DNA of 63,460 nucleotides from Syntrophomonadaceae bacterium (lineage in GTDB: Bacteria > Bacillota > Dethiobacteria > DTU022): contig SLPH01000063.1 in NCBI GenBank assembly GCA_007132095.1, positions 1-63,460 of the forward strand, in the 5' to 3' direction. The position numbers and the translations under genes were made by a program. Below, one piece after another: positions 18,718-29,521 of the stretch; the stretch's first letter is position 1, and each line of letters starts with the position of its first letter. The notes under the pieces are model-generated. The model ran no database searches. It was not told where the DNA came from and saw only the letters and a list, made by a program, of their open reading frames with translations.

Positions 18718-19632
18718 ATGAACCCGGGTTTCTTACTGGCTGAGTGGCTGGCTAAAGATAGGGATCTGCGCAGACCGGCAGAGCGGTATCGAATTGGCCT
18801 GATTGAAAGCTGGTCTAGCATAGGGGTTAATCTTTTACTGGCCTTGCTTAAAATGATCTTCGGCCTGATCACAAACAGCATTGCCCTGATTGCCGATGCC
18901 ATTCACAGCGCTTCGGACGTACTATCTTCGCTGGTGGTCCTGATCGGGTTCTCCCTGGCTCGCCGCAAACCAGACCGGGAGCATCCACATGGTCATGGAC
19001 GAATAGAATACCTGGCCGGGCTATTTATTGCCATAATGTTAGTGGGCTCCGGAGTCTACTTCATTTACGGCTCATATGTGCGGCTCGTTGAAGGCGTTTA
19101 CGCCAGACCAAGTATGGCTGCTTTGATCGCCGTTATCGCCGCTTTTATCGTTAAAGAATTGATGTACAGTTTTTCTATCCGCCTCAGTAAGCTAATTGAT
19201 TCCGAGGTCCTGGCCGGCGATGCCTGGCACCACCGCACCGACTCGCTATCTTCACTGCTGGTAATTGCCGCAATTGCGGGCAGTTACCTGGGGATGCCTG
19301 CGCTCGATGCATACTTTGGTTTTGCTATTGCCCTGATCATCATCTATGCCGGCATTCAATTGGGACGCAAATCATGCAGCCGTCTCCTGGGAACCGCTCC
19401 TCCCGAGTCGCTGCAAAATGAAGTCAGTGCAAAAGCCCTTGAGGTTGACGGTGTGGTAGATGCCCATGATTTAGAAGTGCACGATTACGGCTCCTGGAAG
19501 GTGATGACAATCCATATCGTGGTCTGTAATACCTTGACCCTTGGCGAAGCGCATGATATTGCCCATAAGGTTGAAGACAGTTTAAGCAGTTGCTTTTACT
19601 GTGACGCGGTAGTCCACCTTGATCCGCGGTAG
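18718..19632 (+). CDS. cation diffusion facilitator family transporter
   Basis: ATG at 18718 with AGGGAGG SD. CDF motifs HSASDVLSS and HHRTDSLSS in TM helices. C-terminal cytoplasmic domain (VHDYGS...VHLDP). Confidence 0.85.
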   Translation: MNPGFLLAEWLAKDRDLRRPAERYRIGLIESWSSIGVNLLLALLKMIFGLITNSIALIADAIHSASDVLSSLVVLIGFSLARRKPDREHPHGHGRIEYLAGLFIAIMLVGSGVYFIYGSYVRLVEGVYARPSMAALIAVIAAFIVKELMYSFSIRLSKLIDSEVLAGDAWHHRTDSLSSLLVIAAIAGSYLGMPALDAYFGFAIALIIIYAGIQLGRKSCSRLLGTAPPESLQNEVSAKALEVDGVVDAHDLEVHDYGSWKVMTIHIVVCNTLTLGEAHDIAHKVEDSLSSCFYCDAVVHLDPR

Positions 19633-19714
19633 ATGAAACATCACAAACCCTTCGGAATCTTCAAATCCTCAACCGGGCCGCTCTTATAATTATCGTCTTT
19701 AGTTAAAGAACCTG

Positions 19715-22156
19715 TTATACCGTCTTAGGTTTCCAGTTTTTAATCGCTTCAGTTATTGACCTCCTCGCTTCTGCCCCCTGCTGCACTTTAGCTTCATACA
19801 TTCTGGCATCAGCTCTTCTGAAAGTGTCTTCAAGGCTCTGCTCCCTGCCTGTGCTAACGGCATAACCGAGCGATATGCTTATCGGCAGTACATTTGCCCC
19901 ACTGTTATAGGCTGCAATATTTTTACGGATCCTGTCGATCACCCTTTCGCATTCATGCCCCGGGGTGTTAGGCAGAAGGATGGCAAATTCATCACCGCCT
20001 ACCCTGGCCAAAACATCTGAACCGCGCAGACTTTTCTTCAATGCTTTGGAACAGTCGATCAGGAAGCGATCACCTTCAGTATGCCCCAATGAGTCATTAA
20101 CCAGTTTCAGGCCGTCTAGATCAGCGGAGACGATGGATATGGGGTATTCTCTTGACTGCTCCAGCCTGTTAAGCTCATTGACAAGATAGTGACGGTTATA
20201 TAGTTCTGTCAGCTGATCGTGAAAACTCAGGCGCCGAATTGTTTCTTCATTCCGGTGCCTGATCAACGCTTCGGAAATCAACTCGGCGACAACGCTGAGC
20301 AAACTAATTTCATCATCGGGCCAACTTCTGTTTTGCTGAACCGAATCAAGCCCGAAACAGCCAAATACTTTTCCTTCCCACACAAAAGGTATAGCCAGGA
20401 TTGATTTTATCTTTTCACTGAGAAAATCTTCGCGGTCTGCCGCCGCCTCCGGCGGCATGAGATTAGTATCGGGGATATGAACTATTTCCCGCCTGCGAAG
20501 CCTGTTGACCCACCAGGGGGTCCGGTCAACCGGAAAACCCCGGTTCTTTTCCTGAACTGATTCAACTCCCGGAGCGCACCATTCATAGGGATTGTCGTAA
20601 GTTAAGCCGTCTTCGCTAAAAAGAATTACATAACTGCGGTCAATCGCAAAAAAGCGGCCAATCTCGCGCAGTGCATAGGTAATCCCCTCGTTAAGCTGCT
20701 CAGGGGGAAGGTTGACAAAGTTAGAGGAAATTGCCGAAACCAGCTTTTCAAATTCCAACCTGTACTTTAAGGCCTCTTCTGCCTGCTTGCGTTCGGTTAT
20801 ATCTTCAAGGATGCAGTCAAAATATAGCGCCTTCCCATCTTCGTCGCAAACGAGCTTCGCACTGTCGAGGCAGTAAACTGCAGACCCGTCCATTTTCCTT
20901 AGTTTAAGCTCGGCCGCAAAATAGCCGCCCTCCCGGATCACCCTGTCTGATGCCTTTACCCTATCGCTGGGATCATAGTATAAATCACGCATTTTTACCG
21001 CTTTAAGTTCATCGGGGGACTGCATCCCAAACAGTTTCAGGAAAGCCGGGTTGGCCATCAGAATATTCCCTTCAGTTCCAGGCGTAACCCGGTATATACC
21101 AACCGGCAGGTTATCAACCAGCGATCTCAACCTTTCCTCGCTTTTCATCAACTCCCTTTCGATTCCTTTTCGCTTGGTAATATCGCGTAACACCCATAGA
21201 CTGCCAGGGGAATCCCCTCCGGGCATAATGAGCTCCTTTATTACAGGAGAAAATACCCTGTCTCCCAGCTGGATATCCTCCTTCGCTGATGTGAGATGGC
21301 CGGGCACAAACTTTCCGTAATTAAAAAGATCCTGATGCTCTTTACCCGCCGTTTTGTTCAGCGTTTGCGCGGAAGGGTTCATAGCTATTATATGCCCTTG
21401 CCGGTCGACAACTATGATCGGATCGGGTATGCTCTGAAAAAGCTGTTCCATTGCCAGCGGGCTTGTATCAAAAAGGTTTGAGGCAAAAACACCGATGGTT
21501 AAAATAATGACAGTTGCCATGAAGGCAATGGGAGTAAGGTCGAGAAAGCCGAAAGGCCTTATACCGGATACATAAACGAAATTAGCTGCAAAGGGTAGAA
21601 GAGAGCCCATGATAAAATATGTGACATAAGTCCGTCCGGCTCTTGAAGCGCTTACATACATGCGGATGAATAAACTGAAACCGCATAGAATAAGAATATA
21701 GGCATAGATCAGGTTCAGGGTCCAGAAGATACCGGGCTCGGTCTGGATATAGTTAAAACCTTCAACCTGACCGGCGGTGAAAGCACGGTAAAATAAGCCG
21801 TGGTAATTATTAGTGATAAGCGAAAGGTAAAATAGCGCCGGCAGCAGGCTCAGCAAGAAGATGTTCCTCCTTGTAAGCCAACCGTCATAGCCGCTGTAAG
21901 AGGCAGCAAAAAGCAGGTACAGCACCGGCACCGAAGCAACACCAAGGTACTGAACTATAACTGTGATTTTCAAATAAGCCGGGTTGTCATAAAGCAGTTC
22001 CAGCCCATAGCCAAAAAGCCATATAGCTACTGCGCCAAGAAGTACGGAAAGGATAAACCCTGCCTGGTTGTGCCTGTGTCTCCAGGCATACCAGGCCAGC
22101 AGCAGGGTCACCAGTGATGACAGGAATAAAAGGTTGCTAAGATAGTTCCAGGGCAT
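19715..22156 (-). CDS. sensor diguanylate cyclase (7TM - PAS - PAS - GAF - GGDEF)
   Basis: About 230 aa of N-terminal TM helices, two PAS-like segments, a GAF-like segment and a C-terminal GGDEF domain (RVGGDEFAILL; RxxD-like I-site context). Confidence 0.85.
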   Translation of the reverse strand: MPWNYLSNLLFLSSLVTLLLAWYAWRHRHNQAGFILSVLLGAVAIWLFGYGLELLYDNPAYLKITVIVQYLGVASVPVLYLLFAASYSGYDGWLTRRNIFLLSLLPALFYLSLITNNYHGLFYRAFTAGQVEGFNYIQTEPGIFWTLNLIYAYILILCGFSLFIRMYVSASRAGRTYVTYFIMGSLLPFAANFVYVSGIRPFGFLDLTPIAFMATVIILTIGVFASNLFDTSPLAMEQLFQSIPDPIIVVDRQGHIIAMNPSAQTLNKTAGKEHQDLFNYGKFVPGHLTSAKEDIQLGDRVFSPVIKELIMPGGDSPGSLWVLRDITKRKGIERELMKSEERLRSLVDNLPVGIYRVTPGTEGNILMANPAFLKLFGMQSPDELKAVKMRDLYYDPSDRVKASDRVIREGGYFAAELKLRKMDGSAVYCLDSAKLVCDEDGKALYFDCILEDITERKQAEEALKYRLEFEKLVSAISSNFVNLPPEQLNEGITYALREIGRFFAIDRSYVILFSEDGLTYDNPYEWCAPGVESVQEKNRGFPVDRTPWWVNRLRRREIVHIPDTNLMPPEAAADREDFLSEKIKSILAIPFVWEGKVFGCFGLDSVQQNRSWPDDEISLLSVVAELISEALIRHRNEETIRRLSFHDQLTELYNRHYLVNELNRLEQSREYPISIVSADLDGLKLVNDSLGHTEGDRFLIDCSKALKKSLRGSDVLARVGGDEFAILLPNTPGHECERVIDRIRKNIAAYNSGANVLPISISLGYAVSTGREQSLEDTFRRADARMYEAKVQQGAEARRSITEAIKNWKPKTV

Positions 22157-22176
22157 CAGGCGGACACCTCAAAGGC

Positions 22177-22222
22177 GAGAAATAGTAAAGCCTGCTCTTC
22201 ACCAGAAGGATATAGAGCAGGC
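22177..22222 (-). terminator. rho-independent terminator after the glutaredoxin-like gene
   Basis: Minus strand: 9-bp stem GCCUGCUCU/AGAGCAGGC, followed by UUUACUAUUUCUC. Confidence 0.55.
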
Positions 22223-22262
22223 AAACCGGTTAACCGTCGACGACGGTTATATTTTAAATTTT

Positions 22263-22472
22263 TCAGCCACCGCCGCCAAAGCCAACATATTGAAGTTCCC
22301 CGTTTTCAACCACAACCGGAACCTTATCAGCCTTATACTCTTCCTTGGCCTTCCTCAGAGCTTCCGGATCAGTGCCTACATTACGAAGTTCATACTCCAC
22401 GCCCTTGCGGTCTAACACGGACAGCTGCTTTTCGCAGTAAGGGCAGCCGTCTTTTACATATACCTCGAGCAT
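22263..22472 (-). CDS. glutaredoxin-like small redox protein
   Basis: 69 aa with a CPYC active site at the N-terminus of a thioredoxin-fold-sized ORF. Confidence 0.8.
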   Translation of the reverse strand: MLEVYVKDGCPYCEKQLSVLDRKGVEYELRNVGTDPEALRKAKEEYKADKVPVVVENGELQYVGFGGGG

Positions 22473-22550
22473 CTGATAATCTTCCTTTCAGCATCATTTT
22501 GGAACACAGTTCCTGCAGTAAATATTCTAAATTCTGCAGCACTTTGCTCT

Positions 22551-22580
22551 ATTATATATTGAGCGGCACCGCCTGTGCAA
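22551..22580 (-). promoter_or_regulatory. sigma-A-type promoter for the glutaredoxin-like gene
   Basis: Minus strand: TTGCAC, 18 nt, TATAAT. Confidence 0.5.
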
Positions 22581-22602
22581 GGCAATTTTCGATATAACGT
22601 CG

Positions 22603-23832
22603 CTACGAAAGGAGATCCATGGCCGTATAGAGCATGACCAGGGTTGTATCCACTACCGTATCAATTTCAACATATTCATCGGCGGAGTGGAAGTTGGCCC
22701 CGTCAGGCCCGAATAATACCGTGGGAATCTTCAGCCTTGGCGCGATATGGTTGGCGTCTGATTCGGAACGAAAATAGGTGGTCTGCATCTCCTTGCCGAG
22801 AACTTCCGCACTGCCCCGCTTCAGGGACTGTACCAGGGGAGTATTTTCTTCTATGGTCCATGGCAGGAAGTAAGCATCGGGATGAGGCAGATCCCTTAGC
22901 TTAATGTCAACCTCGCTTTGCAAATCGATGCTGTCCACGATCTCCTTAACCTCCTTAAGAGCCCTGTCAGCGTCACCTTCTACGGTATGGCGGTATATAG
23001 TAAAACTGGCTTCTTCCGGGACAAGAAGATATTTTTCACCGCCGCGTAAATTGGTAATGCACATGGTTCCTTTGCCAAGCTGAGGGTGTTCGCCCAGATC
23101 CAGGTTGTCCATTACCGCCGTTATTATCCTGGCTGCATCTTCAACAGCGTTAATACCTTTTTCGGGCGTTGCTCCATGAGCCGATTTTCCTCTAACCTTA
23201 ACATGATATACAGCCGTGCCCCGGCTGCCCAGAGCCAGGCAGGGAAATTTTTCGCTGCCCGGAGCAAAGGGGCCTGAAGGTTCAGGAATAATGCAGAAAT
23301 CAGAACCATCAGTTATGCCATCAACAATCGCGTAGTGAGTGCCCAACCCGTAAGGCCCTTCTTCATCACTTACTGCGGTGAACAGGATATCCCCCTTCAA
23401 CTCAACTCCGGCCTCGACAAGGGCTTCAAGCATAAAGACAGATGCCGCCACGCCCGCTTTCATATCCAGTGACCCAAGGCCGTAGAGTCTGCCATCTTTT
23501 TCAATCCCTTCGTAAGGGTCGACCGTCCAGCCATCACAAAGGGGCACGGTATCTACGTGTCCATTAACAAGCAGCTGGGGCCCGCTTCCTGAGCCTTTCA
23601 GGCGAACAATCAGGTTTTCTCCTTTAAAGCCGGTTATTTTCGGCTCTTCATAGCGGTGAATTTTAGTTTCCAGGCGGTTGTAATAGGACATACGCCCCCG
23701 GAGAAAATCAATAATCTCTCCTTCTTCAAAAAAGGGGCTTTTAATATTGACCAGTTCCCTGAGCAGCTTGACCAGATCACCTCTCTGGACCAGGGCGGCA
23801 GCTTTATCAAAATCTTTTCCATTGACGGGCAT
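22603..23832 (-). CDS. M20-family metallopeptidase/deacylase (ArgE/DapE/CPG2 type)
   Basis: ATG at 23832, 6 nt after AGGAGG. Metal-binding motifs GHVDTVP, SLDMKAG, SDEEG and a C-terminal H. Confidence 0.8.
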   Translation of the reverse strand: MPVNGKDFDKAAALVQRGDLVKLLRELVNIKSPFFEEGEIIDFLRGRMSYYNRLETKIHRYEEPKITGFKGENLIVRLKGSGSGPQLLVNGHVDTVPLCDGWTVDPYEGIEKDGRLYGLGSLDMKAGVAASVFMLEALVEAGVELKGDILFTAVSDEEGPYGLGTHYAIVDGITDGSDFCIIPEPSGPFAPGSEKFPCLALGSRGTAVYHVKVRGKSAHGATPEKGINAVEDAARIITAVMDNLDLGEHPQLGKGTMCITNLRGGEKYLLVPEEASFTIYRHTVEGDADRALKEVKEIVDSIDLQSEVDIKLRDLPHPDAYFLPWTIEENTPLVQSLKRGSAEVLGKEMQTTYFRSESDANHIAPRLKIPTVLFGPDGANFHSADEYVEIDTVVDTTLVMLYTAMDLLS

Positions 23833-23881
23833 AGTGGGCCTCCTTTTCAATCAGTTTTTGAAACCGGGCCTATTAAAGAAT

Positions 23882-23903
23882 GGGGGAAGGCATGCCTTCC
23901 CCC
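23882..23903 (-). terminator. hairpin terminator after nhaC
   Basis: Palindrome GGGGGAAGG-CAUG-CCUUCCCCC, followed on the minus strand by AUUCUUUAAU. Confidence 0.5.
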
Positions 23904-23928
23904 AGGTAAAATGTCAAAGCAGTTTTTT

Positions 23929-25383
23929 TTACAAGCTTAGTTCTTCATCATCATCTTCCTTATACGCGCTTACGCTCTTAATATCGCCTTCCTTGAACAT
24001 GGCAAAACCGATCCAGGCATAGATAACTGCGATAACGGGGACAAGGAAAGAAAGGAACGTGTACGGGATATATTGAATCGTGGGTACTCCAAGGCAGCCG
24101 TAGAAAAAGACTCCGCATAGCCCCCAGGGTACCAGCGGGGAGAAAACGGTTCCGGAGTCTTCAGAGGTCCTGGAAAGAACCTGCGGTAATAGCCCCAGTT
24201 TCTTATATGCCGGACGGTACATGCGGCCCGGAATGATGATCGCCATATACTGGCTGGCAGAAAAGAGGTTAACGGCGATTCCGGAAAGGACATGAGTAGT
24301 CACAAGACCGCCAACGCTGCTGACCAGCGCACCCATTTTCTCAAGTAATACATGAAGCATCTTCGTCTTCTCGATGATCCCCCCAAATGAGAGGGCAATA
24401 AAGCCGAGCGAGATAGTCCACATCATGCTCTGCAGACCGCCGCGGGACAACAGGCTGTCAAGCGCTTCTACTCCGGTATCAGAAACATAACCGTAGTTCA
24501 TGTAATTCAACATTTCAGAAATGCTAACCCCCTGAAAGATCATAGCAAAAGCAGCGCCAATCAGGGAGGCGATAATCATTACAGCCAGGCCCGGAATACG
24601 TTTAACAGCAAGAATAACTACAATAATCGGCGGAATAAAGTAAATGGGACTAATGTGGAAATTCGCAGTCAACCCGTTGAGGACAACAGCAATTTGCTCC
24701 GCATCAATAGTGCCGCCGGCAAAGCGGGCGCCCATAATAGCGTAGAGAATCAGAGCAATAACCAGCGCGGGAATAGTAGTATACATCATACTTTTGATGT
24801 GATCAAAAAGGTCGGCTTCGCCGACCGCAGCGCCGAGGTTTGTCGAATCGGAGAGAGGTGACATCTTATCGCCAAAGATGGCCCCTGAAATTACCGCTCC
24901 GGCAGTCATCGGCGCAGGAATACCAAGCCCCATCCCGATCCCCATGAAGGCTACACCGAAGGTTGCCCCTGTAGTCCACGAACTGCCTGTTGTCACTGAA
25001 GCAATAGCACAGACCAGGCAGACTGTGGCCAGAAAGATCGTAGGAGTCAGGATAAGCATTCCATAATAAATCAACGAAGGGATAACGCCGGCAGGGATCC
25101 AGGAGCCAATCAGTACCCCGATCATCATCAGGATCATCATCGGCAGCATTGCCAGATTGCAGCCATATAATATGGCATCCTGGCACTCCTTGTAAGTATA
25201 ACCCGAACTAATAGCAACTATAATGGCAACGACACTGGCTAAGATAAGGGTTATGTGCGTTACCCAGGCTTCCTCCAGGACGAAAACCTGGACAAAAAGG
25301 GCGACACTAAGAAAAAGAATCACAAATAAGGCACCGGCAAAACTGGGTCTCTTAGCATTTACCTGTTTCTGTTCAGCTGACAT
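23929..25383 (-). CDS. nhaC: Na+/H+ antiporter NhaC family
   Basis: 484-aa polytopic protein with NhaC-like segments (GSWIPAGVIPSLIYYG, SPLSDSTNL). SD AAGGAGG upstream. Confidence 0.8.
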   Translation of the reverse strand: MSAEQKQVNAKRPSFAGALFVILFLSVALFVQVFVLEEAWVTHITLILASVVAIIVAISSGYTYKECQDAILYGCNLAMLPMMILMMIGVLIGSWIPAGVIPSLIYYGMLILTPTIFLATVCLVCAIASVTTGSSWTTGATFGVAFMGIGMGLGIPAPMTAGAVISGAIFGDKMSPLSDSTNLGAAVGEADLFDHIKSMMYTTIPALVIALILYAIMGARFAGGTIDAEQIAVVLNGLTANFHISPIYFIPPIIVVILAVKRIPGLAVMIIASLIGAAFAMIFQGVSISEMLNYMNYGYVSDTGVEALDSLLSRGGLQSMMWTISLGFIALSFGGIIEKTKMLHVLLEKMGALVSSVGGLVTTHVLSGIAVNLFSASQYMAIIIPGRMYRPAYKKLGLLPQVLSRTSEDSGTVFSPLVPWGLCGVFFYGCLGVPTIQYIPYTFLSFLVPVIAVIYAWIGFAMFKEGDIKSVSAYKEDDDEELSL

Positions 25384-25799
25384 TTCATACCTCCTTAATG
25401 ATTTATGGTAACCGGCAAATCAATTCAAGTATACCTATGGTCAATAAGTGTTTCACCTCCCTGCATTGAAATGCGAACTGGAAGAACAAGGGCCGCATCA
25501 CTACTACTAATTCCGGAAAAGGGAAAAGTGCAAAATACACAATGAAGATAGAAGTTTGCAGGGCAGCCCCGGGCACTCTAATTCTTTTGCTGACTTGGTC
25601 TCGAATTTATTGATAATATAATTGTATTAGATAGTGGAAGCCGAGGCATTGGCTTTGTTGGCAAAATATATTTAAAATTATTCATACACCATGTATATAT
25701 GCGAGCGCCCCATTGGACGTGGATTATGCAGGCAACAGGTTTATAGAACCGCATACTTTATTAACACGTAGGCCCGGCAGAATATATGGTTCCGGTTTC

Positions 25800-25828
25800 T
25801 TGACTTTAATCCTACCCTCTATTATAAT
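25800..25828 (+). promoter_or_regulatory. near-consensus sigma-A promoter upstream of nadE
   Basis: TTGACT, 17 nt, TATAAT. Confidence 0.65.
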
Positions 25829-25864
25829 TCAACCACAATATAACAGTTGCTTTACGGGAAAAGC

Positions 25865-25900
25865 GCTCACGGGGAAAGTCGATTTCCCGTGAGCTTTGTT
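25865..25900 (+). terminator. intrinsic terminator-like hairpin inside the nadE leader
   Basis: 12-bp stem GCUCACGGGGAA/UUUCCCGUGAGC with a 6-nt loop, followed by UUUGUUUAU. It ends 21 nt before ATG 25921. Confidence 0.6.
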
Positions 25901-25920
25901 TATCCGAAAGGGGTTAAATA

Positions 25921-27567
25921 ATGCGTGTTGCTTTGTCCCAGTTAAACCCGACCGTAGGAGCGCTTGGCCGTAATGCCGCCAGGGTTGGAGAAAGCTACCT
26001 GACTGCCATGAAAAGCGGCGCAGAACTGGTCTTGTTCAGCGAGCTGTGCCTCTGCGGCTACCCGCCTAAAGATCTCCTTCTTTACGATAGTTTTATCCAG
26101 CGGGAGCGGGAATTAATCCTTAATCAACTGGCCCCTTTAACTAAAAACGGAGCCCCGCCCATGCTGATAGGAGCGACTCACAAGGAGGAAGATAAGCTTT
26201 ATAACGCCGCCCTTCTGCTTGATAATGGCTCCATAAAAGCTGTCCACCGAAAAAGCCTGCTGCCCAACTATGATGTATTCGACGAAGCCCGTTATTTTCA
26301 CAGCGCTCCCGCCCTTGAGCCGGAGATGTTCTCAGGGCTGCCCGCAGCAGTTACTATTTGCGAAGACATCTGGAATGACCGAGATTTTTTTCAACCCCCT
26401 CTCTATAACAGCGATCCGCTTGAAACACTCCTTGACAAAGGAACACGCCTGTTGATAAATCTTTCGGCCTCGCCTTACCACCTGGGAAAACACCGGCTGC
26501 GCGAAGAACTGCTGTCCTTTATCGCAAAAAAATACGGGTGCGGAATCATTTACCTGAACCAGGTCGGCGGAAATGACGAGTTAATATTCGACGGGCACAG
26601 CCTGGTCCTGAATAACCGGGGCGAGCTTCTATGCAGGGCAAATGCTTTCAGTGAAGATCTTCTATTTGTTGAAACCGACGAACTGTTCAAACCGGCCCAT
26701 AAACCTGCACCCCCGCTTGAAGAAGGGATCGATAGCATTTACAGAGCCTTGATCATGGGGGTAAGGGATTACGTATGGAAAACAGGTTTTTCAAAAGTGG
26801 TTCTTGGCTTAAGCGGTGGTGTAGACTCGGCCCTGGTGGCAGCCCTGGCTGCAGACGCCATCGGCCCGAAAAACGTCCTCGGCATTTTAATGCCTTCGCC
26901 GTATTCATCAGAACACAGCATAGAAGACGCCCTGGTTCTTGCAGAGAACCTGGGCATTAAACACCGGATCAAACGCATTGACGGGCCATTTGAGGCTTTC
27001 TTGAAACTGCTTAACAAAAGCGGCGCGCCGGAACTGGATCTTGCCGAAGAAAACCTGCAGGCACGGATACGCGGCAGCATAGTGATGCACGCCTCCAACC
27101 GCGAAGGTTACCTGGCCCTGGCTACGGGCAACAAATCTGAGTTGGCAGTCGGCTACTGCACCCTTTACGGGGATATGGCCGGCGGGCTGGCCGTAATTGC
27201 CGATCTGCCGAAAATGATGGTCTACGAACTTTCAAGATATATAAACTCGGTTAAAGGCAGGGCGGTAATCCCGGAGAACACGATCACCAAGCCGCCGTCT
27301 GCCGAGCTGCGCCCGGACCAAAAAGATGAAGATTCACTGCCGCCTTATGAAGTTCTGGATGCCATCCTCCAGCTCTACATAGAGGAAAATGCTTCCCCTG
27401 AGGCGATCAGGAAAAGCGGGTTCGACAGCGAAACTGTGAACCGGGTTTTGCGCATGGTTGACCGCGCCGAATTTAAGAGACGCCAGGCCGCACCGGGACT
27501 GCGGGTAACGACAAGGGCCTTCGGTTCGGGCAGACGCATGCCCATTGCGCGCAGTTACGATTTATAA
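25921..27567 (+). CDS. nadE: glutamine-dependent NAD+ synthetase
   Basis: N-terminal CN-hydrolase glutaminase domain plus a C-terminal synthetase domain with the [15 protein letters not shown]-loop. Confidence 0.9.
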   Translation: MRVALSQLNPTVGALGRNAARVGESYLTAMKSGAELVLFSELCLCGYPPKDLLLYDSFIQRERELILNQLAPLTKNGAPPMLIGATHKEEDKLYNAALLLDNGSIKAVHRKSLLPNYDVFDEARYFHSAPALEPEMFSGLPAAVTICEDIWNDRDFFQPPLYNSDPLETLLDKGTRLLINLSASPYHLGKHRLREELLSFIAKKYGCGIIYLNQVGGNDELIFDGHSLVLNNRGELLCRANAFSEDLLFVETDELFKPAHKPAPPLEEGIDSIYRALIMGVRDYVWKTGFSKVVLGLSGGVDSALVAALAADAIGPKNVLGILMPSPYSSEHSIEDALVLAENLGIKHRIKRIDGPFEAFLKLLNKSGAPELDLAEENLQARIRGSIVMHASNREGYLALATGNKSELAVGYCTLYGDMAGGLAVIADLPKMMVYELSRYINSVKGRAVIPENTITKPPSAELRPDQKDEDSLPPYEVLDAILQLYIEENASPEAIRKSGFDSETVNRVLRMVDRAEFKRRQAAPGLRVTTRAFGSGRRMPIARSYDL

Positions 27568-27583
27568 TGACAGGGTGACTGAG

Positions 27584-29521
27584 ATGAATAAAGTTAACGA
27601 TAACCTTGAAGCCTCGCAGGATTTTACAGTTGCCGTGGTTGGGGGCGGGCATGCCGGGTGCGAAGCTGCCCTGGCCGCAGCCAGGCTTGGCTGTAGAACA
27701 ATCCTGTTCAGCCTGAACCTGGACATGGTTGCATTTATGGCCTGTAATCCATCCCTCGGCGGCCCGGGCAAAGGGCACCTGGTTCGCGAAATTGATGCCC
27801 TCGGCGGGGAGATGGCCCTTGTTGCAGACCAGAACCTGCTCCAGGTTCGCACTCTTAATACCGGCAAAGGCCCTGCCGTGCAAGCCCTGAGGGCCCAGAT
27901 CGATAAAGCGGGCTACCAGCGGACTATGCGCCGGGTTCTGGAAAAAGAGCCGAACCTGCGGCTGGCAGAAGACATGGCCGAAGAAGTAACAGTTAACAAG
28001 GGTAAAGTAAGCGGTATCCGCTGCCGCAGCGGAGCTTGCTATACGGTAGAGTGTGTAATCATTTGCAGCGGAGTTTACCTTGCCTCTGAAATATTTTTAG
28101 GCGACCGGCATTTCAGCTCTTCACCGGGCGGCCTTGTGCCTGCAGTAAATCTTTCCGGGAACCTGAGCCGGCTGGGCTTTCCCCTTGACCGTTTCAAAAC
28201 GGGAACCCCGCCGCGCGTATACGGGCGCAGTATCAATTTTGAAAAACTGGCCCCCGTGCATGGCGAACCTGATACCCCCGGCTTTTCCATGGCCGGACAG
28301 AGACCGCCCCGGGAACAGGTTCCCTGCTGGATGACTTATACTAACCCCGATACTCACCTGGTGATTGAAAAAAATCTCTCGCTTGCCCCAATTTACAGCG
28401 GGCTGATCAAGGGAAGAGGTCCCCGCTACTGTCCGTCTATCGAAGATAAGATTGTCCGCTTCGCCGATCGCAGCCGCCACCCGGTCTTCATTGAGCCGGA
28501 GGGAGCCGATATAGACGAAATGTACCTGCAGGGTATATCAACCGGACTGCCTCCCTCTGTGCAGGAGCAATTTTTAAAAACAATCCCCGGCCTGGAGAAC
28601 GTTGAAATGATGCGACCTGCTTATGCAATCGAATATGACTATTGCCCGCCTACTGAACTTAAGCCATCCCTGGAAACCAAAAAATTTGCCGGACTGTACT
28701 TCGCCGGACAGATTAACGGTACAACAGGCTACGAAGAAGCGGCGGCCCAGGGTTTGATGGCTGGAATTAATGCCGCCCACAGGGTCCAGGGAAAAGAACC
28801 GCTGGTCCTGAAGCGGAACGAAGCCTACATCGGTGTAATGATCGACGATCTGGTTACCAGGGGCGTGCAGGAGCCGTACCGCATTTTTACATCGCGGGCA
28901 GAGTATCGCCTGCTGCTGCGCCAGGACAACGCAGATTTGCGCCTCACTGAAATCGGCCGCAGCGCCGGGCTGGTGGATAGTAAACGTTTTGCCACTTTTC
29001 AGCGGAAAAAAGAGTATATTGAAAGCGAACTTGAGCGTCTGGGAAAAAAACGGCACAACCCCGGCAGCGCAGTGGAAAAGCAGCTGAAATTCTGGGGCTC
29101 ATCGCCCCTGCAGCATCCCGTCAGCGCCCTGGAGCTGGTCCGCAGGCCTGAAATATCGCTGCCCGCTTACCTTGAGTGGGAAGGAACCCCGGTGCCGGAA
29201 CTGCCGCCGGGAACTTTAAACGAGCTGGAAAGCCAGGTTAAATATGCCGGCTATATTGCCAAGCAGCAGCAGATGGTGGAAAAAACAGCTCGTCTTTACG
29301 AGAAAGCAATCCCGCCGGATTTCGACTACGAGAAGGCAAAGAATATTTCCCGGGAAGCGCGTCAAAAATTGGCGCAGATTAGGCCGGTTAGCGTCGGCCA
29401 GGCTGCACGCATGGAAGGGGTCACCCCGGCCGACATCTCTGTCCTCCTGCTTTACCTGGACAAGCCGGAAATCCTGGAAAAGGAGAGCGGCCGCCGGGAA
29501 GGCGGTGATAGGGATGACTGA
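27584..29521 (+). CDS. mnmG: tRNA uridine 5-carboxymethylaminomethyl modification enzyme MnmG
   Basis: [22 protein letters not shown] motif and [26 protein letters not shown] at 27584 lies just after the nadE stop. The ORF track starts earlier, at 27545. Confidence 0.9.
   Translation: MNKVNDNLEASQDFTVAVVGGGHAGCEAALAAARLGCRTILFSLNLDMVAFMACNPSLGGPGKGHLVREIDALGGEMALVADQNLLQVRTLNTGKGPAVQALRAQIDKAGYQRTMRRVLEKEPNLRLAEDMAEEVTVNKGKVSGIRCRSGACYTVECVIICSGVYLASEIFLGDRHFSSSPGGLVPAVNLSGNLSRLGFPLDRFKTGTPPRVYGRSINFEKLAPVHGEPDTPGFSMAGQRPPREQVPCWMTYTNPDTHLVIEKNLSLAPIYSGLIKGRGPRYCPSIEDKIVRFADRSRHPVFIEPEGADIDEMYLQGISTGLPPSVQEQFLKTIPGLENVEMMRPAYAIEYDYCPPTELKPSLETKKFAGLYFAGQINGTTGYEEAAAQGLMAGINAAHRVQGKEPLVLKRNEAYIGVMIDDLVTRGVQEPYRIFTSRAEYRLLLRQDNADLRLTEIGRSAGLVDSKRFATFQRKKEYIESELERLGKKRHNPGSAVEKQLKFWGSSPLQHPVSALELVRRPEISLPAYLEWEGTPVPELPPGTLNELESQVKYAGYIAKQQQMVEKTARLYEKAIPPDFDYEKAKNISREARQKLAQIRPVSVGQAARMEGVTPADISVLLLYLDKPEILEKESGRREGGDRDD

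Noticed and set aside
25384-25620. A lysine riboswitch in front of nhaC.
   Set aside because: The minus-strand leader lacks the L-box core strings (AGAGGNGC, GGGGAGC..GCCGAAG) when aligned by eye.
29244-29513. A 90-codon N-terminal extension of the radical-SAM ORF.
   Set aside because: It lies out of frame within the 3' end of mnmG. The conserved protein begins at ATG 29514.
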